Shown piece by piece: positions 1 through 6,875 of a stretch of 50,758 nt of DNA; within the stretch, counting starts at the first letter, position 1; every line of letters starts with the position of its first letter. Under the pieces are notes generated by a model. That model worked only from the letters and a program-made list of their open reading frames with translations. It did not search any database and was not told the origin of the DNA. The translations under genes and the position numbers were made by a program. Source of the stretch: Candidatus Hydrogenedentota bacterium (GTDB lineage Bacteria; Hydrogenedentota; Hydrogenedentia; Hydrogenedentales; SLHB01); NCBI GenBank assembly GCA_029974275.1, contig JARKSN010000065.1, positions 1-50,758 of the forward strand. The letters are read 5' to 3'.

Positions 1-4
1 CCAC

Positions 5-373
5 ATGCCCCCGCCAAAACGCCTCCCGCTCCGAAGCCCCACTCGTTCCACGCGCCATTGCTCCGCCTCCTCCTCTGCAATGGCTACCATTCTCGCACCA
101 ACGCCATCGGTTGAAAAGACGCCCTTCACCGGACGGTTACCAAAGGACTACGATCGGATCGCCTGCTGGCTGCCCGATGCCGACTTCTCGATCCATGCAC
201 GGTGGAATCCGGACGGAGTCGAGAATCTGCTGTATTTCTACGACGTCTCCGAGTCGCGCCAGCACGTGAACATCGAACTGCTGCCGACCTTCAACGACGT
301 CGCCCCGGGCGAACGCGCGGTCTTGCGCGGAACCTTTGGCGTGAGCGACGTGCAGCCCAAACGGCTTCCGTGA
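5..373 (+). CDS. hypothetical protein, probably the 3' part of a gene starting before the window
   Basis: Frame is open from the window edge. The C-terminal ~85 aa look protein-like and a terminator follows. The N-terminal part is doubtful. Confidence 0.45.
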   Translation: MPPPKRLPLRSPTRSTRHCSASSSAMATILAPTPSVEKTPFTGRLPKDYDRIACWLPDADFSIHARWNPDGVENLLYFYDVSESRQHVNIELLPTFNDVAPGERAVLRGTFGVSDVQPKRLP

Positions 374-407
374 CGACACGCGCCGGCTTCGGTCGAATAG
401 AGGGCAG

Positions 408-442
408 GCGTGGGGGCGATTTTCGCCCTCGCGCTTTTTTTT
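408..442 (+). terminator. intrinsic terminator
   Basis: GCGTGGGGGCGA-TTT-TCGCCCTCGCGC stem (2 G-U pairs) followed by T8. Confidence 0.7.
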
Positions 443-481
443 GTAAAGCCGGCGGAGCGCGAAGAAAAGCAAAAAAGCCTT

Positions 482-565
482 TGGTGGGCGAGGCGGGAGT
501 CGAACCCGCAAGCCTTGCGGCAGCGGATTTTAAGTCCGCCGTGTATGCCATTCCACCACTCGCCC
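482..565 (-). tRNA. tRNA-Leu(TAA)
   Basis: Reverse complement GGGCGAG...GCGGA-CTTAAAA-TCCGC, long variable arm, GGTTCGACTCC, CTCGCCC-ACCA. Confidence 0.97.
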
Positions 566-638
566 CCATGCGATTCGTCACGTCGCCGAGTTTGGCGGCA
601 TCTCGGCATCGGCGCTGTCGGCGGGAAATCATCGGAAA

Positions 639-713
639 TGGAGGCGGCACCCGGATTCGAACCGGGGAATAAAGGCTTTGCAGGCCTCTGCCTTACCACT
701 TGGCTATGCCGCC
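639..713 (-). tRNA. tRNA-Cys(GCA)
   Basis: Reverse complement GGCGGCATAGCCAAGTGGTAAGGC...CT-GCA-AA...GGTTCGAATCC...TGCCGCC-TCCA. Confidence 0.97.
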
Positions 714-725
714 CCGGAAGACGGG

Positions 726-755
726 ATCGTAGCCAATTCAGCCGTCTAAAGTCAA
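726..755 (-). promoter_or_regulatory. sigma70-type promoter of the tRNA-Cys/Leu pair
   Basis: TTGACT-N18-TACGAT ending ~12 nt before the tRNA-Cys 5' end. Confidence 0.65.
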
Positions 756-761
756 TGCCGC

Positions 762-790
762 CCTCGACCTCGACCTCGACCTCGACCTCG
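762..790. repeat. hexamer tandem repeat (CCTCGA)x4.8
   Basis: cctcgacctcgacctcgacctcgacctcg read directly. Confidence 0.9.
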
Positions 791-916
791 CTGTAGGGAT
801 CGTGGTATGCTTGCTCGTCGCCCGCTGTTGTTCGGAGGGCATGGATCGCCGTGGCATGGGAATAATCCGGCAGGGAAGGTCGTTTCATCGGCGATTGACG
901 CGGCAGGAGGAGGGAT

Positions 917-1138
917 ATGCTGTATTTCAAAACGAGTCAGCCCGTTCCAGGCAAGGGTGACGCGGAAGTTTACTATGAATGCACCGACGAAAAGACCATT
1001 GTGCGTTATGTGACCCGGATCACGTTGACGGACGAGGTGGAACGCGTGTCAGACCCTATCGTGAAAAAGCTGTATCGTCCTGAATCTCTGTGCGAGTCGT
1101 CTCAAGAAGAATTCGAGCGGCACTGGTCGGCCCCATAA
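917..1138 (+). CDS. small hypothetical protein (73 aa)
   Basis: Strong RBS AGGAGGAGG before ATG and globular-looking composition. Confidence 0.75.
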   Translation: MLYFKTSQPVPGKGDAEVYYECTDEKTIVRYVTRITLTDEVERVSDPIVKKLYRPESLCESSQEEFERHWSAP

Positions 1139-1164
1139 CCCATAACCCATCAGGAGAGAGAACG

Positions 1165-1428
1165 ATGTCCGACGCCCCCGAAAACGCAACGGCTTCTTCC
1201 GGCGAAGAGTCGGGAAAATTTCGCTTTTTTAGTTTGGACATGACCGTGGGCGAGGCGATGGGCGTGCATCCCCGCGTGCGGGAAGTATTCGCCGCATTTC
1301 ACTTGGGCGGCTGCGCCCATTGCGCGATCAATCAGTATGAGACCGTCGGCCAGGTCTGCGCTGGCTACGGCGTGGACCCCGATATGCTCCTTGAGGTTTT
1401 GGAAGGCCTGATGGATCAGAAGGAGTGA
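1165..1428 (+). CDS. DUF1858-like / redox disulfide domain protein
   Basis: RBS AGGAG; DMTVGEAMGVHP...GCAHCA...ETVGQVCAGYGVDPDMLL pattern with CxxC. Confidence 0.8.
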   Translation: MSDAPENATASSGEESGKFRFFSLDMTVGEAMGVHPRVREVFAAFHLGGCAHCAINQYETVGQVCAGYGVDPDMLLEVLEGLMDQKE

Positions 1429-1615
1429 GAGAATTTCCCGCGTTCCTTGTTCCCGCTGCCTGCGCGCCCCCAACCCGAATGGAGAAATGCGGATTGGGGG
1501 CCGCCCATTTCCTTGCTTTTCGCGTCCGCAGTGGCTACGGCGTCGAGACGCGAAACGCCCCCGGGAGGCTCTTGGTTTGCTTCCCGGATGACCGGCCCCG
1601 AACTTCAATAAACGG

Positions 1616-2737
1616 ATGAAAGCGATGCAAAACGACACGCCCGGCATACTGCATTTTCGTGAAACGTATTTGGAACGCATCTGGGGCGGGCAGCGCCTGC
1701 ACACGTTATATGGGAAGCCTTTGCCGCCCGGCGCGTCCATCGGCGAAGCGTGGATGGTTTCCGATCATGCGACGTGCGAGAGCGTGGTCGATGAAGGTCC
1801 GTGGGCGGGGCTTTCGCTGCGGCGACTGGTGCAGGAGCGCGCGAAGGCGCTGCTCGGAACGCATGCCGCGCCAACGCCCCAGGGTCGTTTTCCGCTGTTG
1901 CTCAAGCTGTTGGACGCCCGCGACGTGCTGTCCGTCCAGGTCCATCCGGACGATGCGACCGCCCGCGCCTTGGGCGAGCCCGATGTCGGCAAAACCGAGA
2001 TGTGGCATGTGCTTCATGCAGACGCAGGCAGCGAGCTATGCTGCGGCTTGTCCCCTGATGCGCGCGCGGAAGATTTTGCGGCGGCCATAGCGGATGGTTC
2101 GATCGAGCAGGCCCTGGTGCGCTTTCCCGTAACGCCAGGGACCTCTGTGTTTGTCCCGGCGGGCATCGTTCATGCCATCGGCGCCGGCATCGTGGTCGCG
2201 GAAATTCAGCAAAACAGCGATCTCACGTATCGCCTGTACGATTGGGGCCGGGTCGATGACGCAGGCAAGGCGCGCGATCTGCACATCGAGAAGGCCATGC
2301 GCGCCATCCATTTCGGATCCCCGCACGCAGGCGCCGCTCCCTCGCTTTTCGTGGAAACCGCCGACGCGCGGCATGCCTTCCACGCGGCATGCCGGTATTT
2401 CGCGGCGATCGAAACGGAATTCCAGGATCGCGTCGAACGCGCAACGGGAGGGCGCTCCTTCCATCTGTTGCTGGGAAAGAAGGGCCGGATGAGTGTTCAG
2501 GCCGGTTTCGCAACGCGCCTTCTGGCGCCCGGAGAAGCCCTTCTCGTACCCGGCAGCGCATCTTCCTTCGCCGTCGAAGGGACCGGGGCCTTCCTGGATT
2601 ACTTTGTGCCCGATCTCCAGGAAGATATCGCGGTTCCCCTTTGCCGGGCCGGTCACGCAGACGCCGCCATTTTCCAATTGGGCGACGCTCCTTCTGATGC
2701 CGCTACGCAGGGTGATGGGGCATCCTTCAGCGGATAA
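1616..2737 (+). CDS. manA: class I mannose-6-phosphate isomerase (cupin)
   Basis: ERIWGG, IGEAW, FPLLLKLLDA, LSVQVHPDD, KTEMW, VHAIG, EIQQNSDLTYRLYDW motifs. Start may be 1625. Confidence 0.9.
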   Translation: MKAMQNDTPGILHFRETYLERIWGGQRLHTLYGKPLPPGASIGEAWMVSDHATCESVVDEGPWAGLSLRRLVQERAKALLGTHAAPTPQGRFPLLLKLLDARDVLSVQVHPDDATARALGEPDVGKTEMWHVLHADAGSELCCGLSPDARAEDFAAAIADGSIEQALVRFPVTPGTSVFVPAGIVHAIGAGIVVAEIQQNSDLTYRLYDWGRVDDAGKARDLHIEKAMRAIHFGSPHAGAAPSLFVETADARHAFHAACRYFAAIETEFQDRVERATGGRSFHLLLGKKGRMSVQAGFATRLLAPGEALLVPGSASSFAVEGTGAFLDYFVPDLQEDIAVPLCRAGHADAAIFQLGDAPSDAATQGDGASFSG

Positions 2738-2747
2738 GTTCCGTTTT

Positions 2748-2774
2748 GGAACCATTCGTGCCGGACAGACCGAC
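2748..2774 (+). promoter_or_regulatory. possible ECF-sigma autoregulatory promoter
   Basis: GGAACC-N17-CGAC ~70 nt upstream of the ECF sigma gene. Confidence 0.35.
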
Positions 2775-2842
2775 TTTTGGCCACCTATAGAGTGAAGTAG
2801 GCGGAAGACGGTTCTGCAGGGGAAAGAGGACGTGGGTAGCCA

Positions 2843-3439
2843 ATGCGTGCGGACGATGAACACCTTGTGGGGAGATGTCTGCAGGGCGACACCGATGCCT
2901 ACGGTTTGTTGGTGGAACGGTATCAAGGGGCGGTGTACGCCACGGCGCATTATTACGTCGGACGCTACGGTTCCGCGGAAGATGTAGCGCAGGAAGCGTT
3001 GATGGAGGCGTACCGGAGCCTTCCCAAGCTGCGGGACGCCACGCGATTCGGGCCTTGGTTAAAAGAGGTCACGTGCCGCACGGCGGCCAATTGGCTGCGT
3101 CGGCACGGGAGGCGTATCAACAGCGAGACGCCGTTGCCGTTTCGAAAACGGGCGACAATTGAAGATTTTCGCGAAGGTCCGGCGACCAGGACGGAGCGCG
3201 CCGAAACGTACGAACGCGTGCAGTTGGCGATCGACTCGTTGCCAGAACGCTACCGGTTGCCGGTCATGTTACGGTTTTTACAGGAATTGAGTTACGAGGA
3301 GATCAGCGCGTTCACGGGAGATCCGGTGGACGAAGTGCGGGGTCTTCTGCAGCGGGCGGGACGCCAGTTGCGCGAGTTGCTGGCGGATATGAATGGCGAG
3401 TCAGAAGGTGAGACGACGTGGCATCGTGTACGCAAATAG
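2843..3439 (+). CDS. ECF RNA polymerase sigma factor
   Basis: Region 2 (AEDVAQE...FGPWL) and region 4 (LPERYRLPVMLRFLQELSYEEIS); overlaps the anti-sigma gene. Confidence 0.93.
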   Translation: MRADDEHLVGRCLQGDTDAYGLLVERYQGAVYATAHYYVGRYGSAEDVAQEALMEAYRSLPKLRDATRFGPWLKEVTCRTAANWLRRHGRRINSETPLPFRKRATIEDFREGPATRTERAETYERVQLAIDSLPERYRLPVMLRFLQELSYEEISAFTGDPVDEVRGLLQRAGRQLRELLADMNGESEGETTWHRVRK

Positions 3440-4698
3440 AGAAGCTTTTGCAGGCCTACATCGACGGTGAGACGGGGTCGGCCGAGCGCGTCATGGTGGA
3501 CCAGCATGTCCGGGACTGTCGTGCATGCCATGCGTTGTTGGGCAAACACCAGCGCGTGGCGGCGCTTGCCTTCGAAGCCATGGCCCCCTATAAACTGGGG
3601 CGTTCCTTGCGCGGTCCGGTGATGGAGAATCTTCCGGAAATGGATCGCCGGACCGTCGATTTGGCGGGGGTGAACTGGCGCGCAAAACATCCTGTTTTTT
3701 GGAGTTCGCAGTTGGCCCGGTTGATGCCCGTAGCGGTGATGATCATCCTTGCGCTGGCCGTAGTCGTTCTCCAAGAGAAGTGGCCGCATCCAACATCCAC
3801 CGCCGCCGTTGTCGGGGTGGTGAGTCACGCCAGCGGGTCGGCTTTGCAATACGATGAAGACGCCCAGGCCCGCGGCCCGGCCCGGGTAGGCGCTTTCGTA
3901 AGCGCGGGTTGTTATTTTGAGACGCCTGCCGGGGCGACGCTGATGGCTTCGTTGATGGGGCCCTCCTACATGAAAATGAACGAGGGCACGCGGTTGCGCG
4001 TCGAAAGCGAGAGGCGCGTGAAGGTGGAAGAGGGCGAGGCGTGGTTCAATGTCGGGCGCGACGGTCGCTTGTTTCGCGTGGCGACGCCCAACGGCAACAT
4101 CACCGTGTTCGGCACGTCGTTCGCGGTCAAAGTCCTTCCCGAACAGACCATCGTGACCGTTCAAAGCGGCCAGGTAAAGGTTGAAAACGAGACCTCCGTG
4201 TTCCGCGTTCTCAAGGCGGGTCAGCAAGCGCGGAGCCGGGCCGGCGAGCCGGTGTCGGTGCCGGTGGCGTATGCCGGGAATGATCTGGCCTGGATCGATG
4301 GGATTCACGCGGAGGCGCGTGCGGAACATTTGTTTTACGATTCGCTGATGCCGCGCCGCGCCAAGACGGCCGAGCTTTCCGCCAAGGAGTTGTACTGGGT
4401 GGATACGAGTCAGGGCGGACGCTCATGGGTGGTGGGCGCTGTGCGGCTGACGTGGGACGCGGAAAGCGCGGAACAACAATTGATCAGCGGCTACACCGTG
4501 TATGTATATGACGAGAAGGGCAATCCGCTGCAGAAGGACTATATCCCGGCAAGCGTGTTCGCCCAGAGCGATACGACATCGTATGAAATACGCATCAAGG
4601 AGAAGCCGTTGGGCGGCGTAGGCAATCTGATGGTTGAGCTGGCGCCGGATAGTCCGGCCAGCAAGCTGTCGTTCCGGGTGACGGCTTCCGGTTCCTGA
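3418..4698 (+). CDS. anti-sigma factor: zf-HC2/ZAS + TM helix + FecR-like domain
   Basis: YIDGE...HVRDCRAC (HxxxCxxC), hydrophobic helix, GEAWFNV...TPNGNITVFGTSF...VQSGQV FecR motifs. Confidence 0.85.
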   Translation: MASCTQIEKLLQAYIDGETGSAERVMVDQHVRDCRACHALLGKHQRVAALAFEAMAPYKLGRSLRGPVMENLPEMDRRTVDLAGVNWRAKHPVFWSSQLARLMPVAVMIILALAVVVLQEKWPHPTSTAAVVGVVSHASGSALQYDEDAQARGPARVGAFVSAGCYFETPAGATLMASLMGPSYMKMNEGTRLRVESERRVKVEEGEAWFNVGRDGRLFRVATPNGNITVFGTSFAVKVLPEQTIVTVQSGQVKVENETSVFRVLKAGQQARSRAGEPVSVPVAYAGNDLAWIDGIHAEARAEHLFYDSLMPRRAKTAELSAKELYWVDTSQGGRSWVVGAVRLTWDAESAEQQLISGYTVYVYDEKGNPLQKDYIPASVFAQSDTTSYEIRIKEKPLGGVGNLMVELAPDSPASKLSFRVTASGS

Positions 4699-4765
4699 AC
4701 CAACCCGGAGAAGCAGTCAAACAGTTGAAGCGTCCACATCGGAGGGGAGGTTCTCGAGGACCACG

Positions 4766-4794
4766 TCAAGTCTACCTCAAGTCTACCTCAAGTC
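4766..4794. repeat. 11-bp tandem repeat (TCAAGTCTACC)x2.6 inside a long inverted repeat
   Basis: tcaagtctacc-tcaagtctacc-tcaagtc, flanked by TCGGAGGGGAGG (4739-4750) and CCTCCCCTCCGA (4835-4846). Confidence 0.85.
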
Positions 4795-5155
4795 ACTCCT
4801 TCCCCAAGAGTAACTGCAGCTGGAAGTCTCGCGGCCTCCCCTCCGAACCCCATAATTGTAAATCGTTTCGTAGTAGCGCGGGATCGGGTTTGGCGAAGCA
4901 TGGAGCAAGGGAGAGTATGCCCCGCATGCGATTGCGCCATTGCTGAAAAGGGCACACATTCGTTTCTCTCCATCGAATCGTGAAGGGATGGTTTGCACCA
5001 GAGAAGAGGCGCCACCTGTCGGGGTCAGTTGGCGCCTCGCGCTTCAGCCTTCAGGGGCGCCGCTGCCTTGTTTCCGTCGGCGCAGCGACGCGAAGGCCTT
5101 CGCAAGAACGTTACCGTTTCTCCGTCGCCCTTCCAACTCCAAACGGAGATGCGAA

Positions 5156-5614
5156 CTATCCAAATATGGTGTGGAAATAGTGCCGATCATCGAGCAACGG
5201 CAGGTCGTTTCTCACAAAGGCTTCTTGTTCCCCATCCGATATGATGTCCGCCGGAAGGGTGTCCCAACGCGCCACAGGGCCTTCCTCCGAAGACTGCGCC
5301 GACGCGTCGTCAATGTTATCCGACCCGGAAAGCCCCTGCTCCTTTTCGTCCTCAAGCGAGTCGATCTGCTCCAATACCTCGCCGACGCGCTCCTCCAAAA
5401 AGGCGTTGAGGACTTCGAGCAGGTGATCTCGCCTTTCTTCGTACGAATTCGATCCCATGATGGTTTTGTTCAGTGCCAGCGCCCGGCCGCAGAACACCAG
5501 CACCAATTCCTGGCATTGGGGGCATGGACCAATAATCAAGGCTCCCAGCGGAGGCAACATAACCTGCCCTCGTGCTCCGCAATGAGGGCATTTCACCTCG
5601 ATTAAGGACAACAT
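5156..5614 (-). CDS. zinc-ribbon hypothetical protein
   Basis: CPHC and CPQC motifs, RBS AAGGAAG, own promoter. Confidence 0.8.
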   Translation of the reverse strand: MLSLIEVKCPHCGARGQVMLPPLGALIIGPCPQCQELVLVFCGRALALNKTIMGSNSYEERRDHLLEVLNAFLEERVGEVLEQIDSLEDEKEQGLSGSDNIDDASAQSSEEGPVARWDTLPADIISDGEQEAFVRNDLPLLDDRHYFHTIFG

Positions 5615-5648
5615 AGGGCACTTCCTTTCCGGGTATTATTCCGAGGCA

Positions 5649-5677
5649 ATTATACCATGCCTCCCAAAAAGCGGCAA
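5649..5677 (-). promoter_or_regulatory. sigma70 promoter of the zinc-ribbon gene
   Basis: TTGCCG-N17-TATAAT with extended -10 TG. Confidence 0.65.
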
Positions 5678-5780
5678 ACGTTGCCATATTAATATCATTT
5701 TTAGTGGTAATATCTTCTTGGCGCAAGAACATGTCGTTGCTGAAGTCCGGGACTTCTGTCCTTGTGCTTCGGCGTTTCTG

Positions 5781-5809
5781 TTGAGCGCGATGCGCAGGGC
5801 GGCTATACT
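5781..5809 (+). promoter_or_regulatory. sigma70 promoter of the STAS-udk-glgP-like operon
   Basis: TTGAGC-N17-TATACT. Confidence 0.65.
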
Positions 5810-5862
5810 CACGGTTGTGGGCGCTCGGCTTTTGGGTCATGGCTCAAGGGAGAGTTAGATGC

Positions 5863-6201
5863 ATGGAGATTTCAGTAGAAAAGAAGAGGGGGGTGGCGAT
5901 TGTATCGTTGATGGACGGGCATTTGGACGCCAGCAACGCAGAGGAATTCCGGAATGCCATGGCTCCGGTTCTTGAGCAGGAGCCTCATGTGGTGTTCGAT
6001 TTGTGTGCGGTAGGATTTATTGACAGTTCGGGCTTGGGGGCCCTACTATCCTGCCTACGGCAACTCAACAGCCGGGGAGGGGAGTTGAAGTTGTGCGGGA
6101 TGACCAAACCGGTTCAGGTGTTGTTCGAACTGGTTCGCATGAACCGCGTGTTCGAGATATTCAGCGGTCAAGACGAAGCAATCCGGGCGTTTGCGGAATG
6201 A
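5863..6201 (+). CDS. STAS-domain anti-sigma factor antagonist (RsbV/SpoIIAA-like)
   Basis: GHLDASNA, VVFDLCAVGFIDSSGLGAL with the phosphorylatable Ser. Confidence 0.92.
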   Translation: MEISVEKKRGVAIVSLMDGHLDASNAEEFRNAMAPVLEQEPHVVFDLCAVGFIDSSGLGALLSCLRQLNSRGGELKLCGMTKPVQVLFELVRMNRVFEIFSGQDEAIRAFAE

Positions 6202-6241
6202 CGGTCTCGTCGGCGCGCGCCTCCTCCGCGGGGTTGTGGTA

Positions 6242-6874
6242 ATGCGAAACATTCCTTATTTCGTAGGCATCGCGGGCGCTTCTTGTTCGGGGAAGAGCAG
6301 TCTGGCAAGCGCTTTGGGCGCGTCCTTGCCGGGTTCCTGTTGTGTCTCGTTGGACGCATACTACGTCGATCTGTCCGCAAAGCCGCCCGATGAGCGGGCG
6401 CGATCCAATTTTGATGTTCCCGAGGCGTTGGATTGGCCTTTGATCCGGGCACATGTCCGGGCGCTTGCGGCGGGTAAAGCGGTGGATTGCCCGGTCTATG
6501 ATTTTGTCACGCACACGCGCGCCGCAGAGACGGTTCGTCTCGCTCCCGCGCCGCATGTCATTGTGGAAGGGTTGTTCACTTTGTACGATGCCGCGCTACG
6601 GCGTCTGCTGCAAACCCGTGTTTTTGTCGATGTGTCCGCCGCCGTCGCCTTGTCCCGCCGGATAGCCCGCGACGTAGCGGAACGGGGGCGCACGCCGGAA
6701 TCCGTGCGGGAGCAGGTGGAGCGAACGGTGCGTCCGATGATGGAAGCCTATGTGATCCCTACGCGTCGGCATGCGACCGTTGTGGTGTCGGGCGAAGCTC
6801 CGATCGAGCAGGGGGCGAGGGCTGTGTTGGCCCATGTTGATCAAAATGCGTCGTTGAGGAGAGGGGGGGCGTAA
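6242..6874 (+). CDS. udk: uridine kinase
   Basis: GIAGASCSGKS P-loop, NFDVPEALD, IVEGL, RRIARDVAERGRT. Start may be 6191. Confidence 0.88.
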   Translation: MRNIPYFVGIAGASCSGKSSLASALGASLPGSCCVSLDAYYVDLSAKPPDERARSNFDVPEALDWPLIRAHVRALAAGKAVDCPVYDFVTHTRAAETVRLAPAPHVIVEGLFTLYDAALRRLLQTRVFVDVSAAVALSRRIARDVAERGRTPESVREQVERTVRPMMEAYVIPTRRHATVVVSGEAPIEQGARAVLAHVDQNASLRRGGA

Positions 6875-6875
6875 C

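Noticed and set aside
482..790. tRNA-anchored genomic island or att site
   Set aside because: No integrase next to the tRNAs, and I saw no duplicated tRNA 3' end in the window.
4766..4794. CRISPR array
   Set aside because: Units are 11 bp and contiguous with no spacers, and there are no cas genes.
4940..5605. 221-aa plus-strand ORF
   Set aside because: Antisense to the zinc-ribbon gene, which has the RBS, promoter and CxxC motifs.
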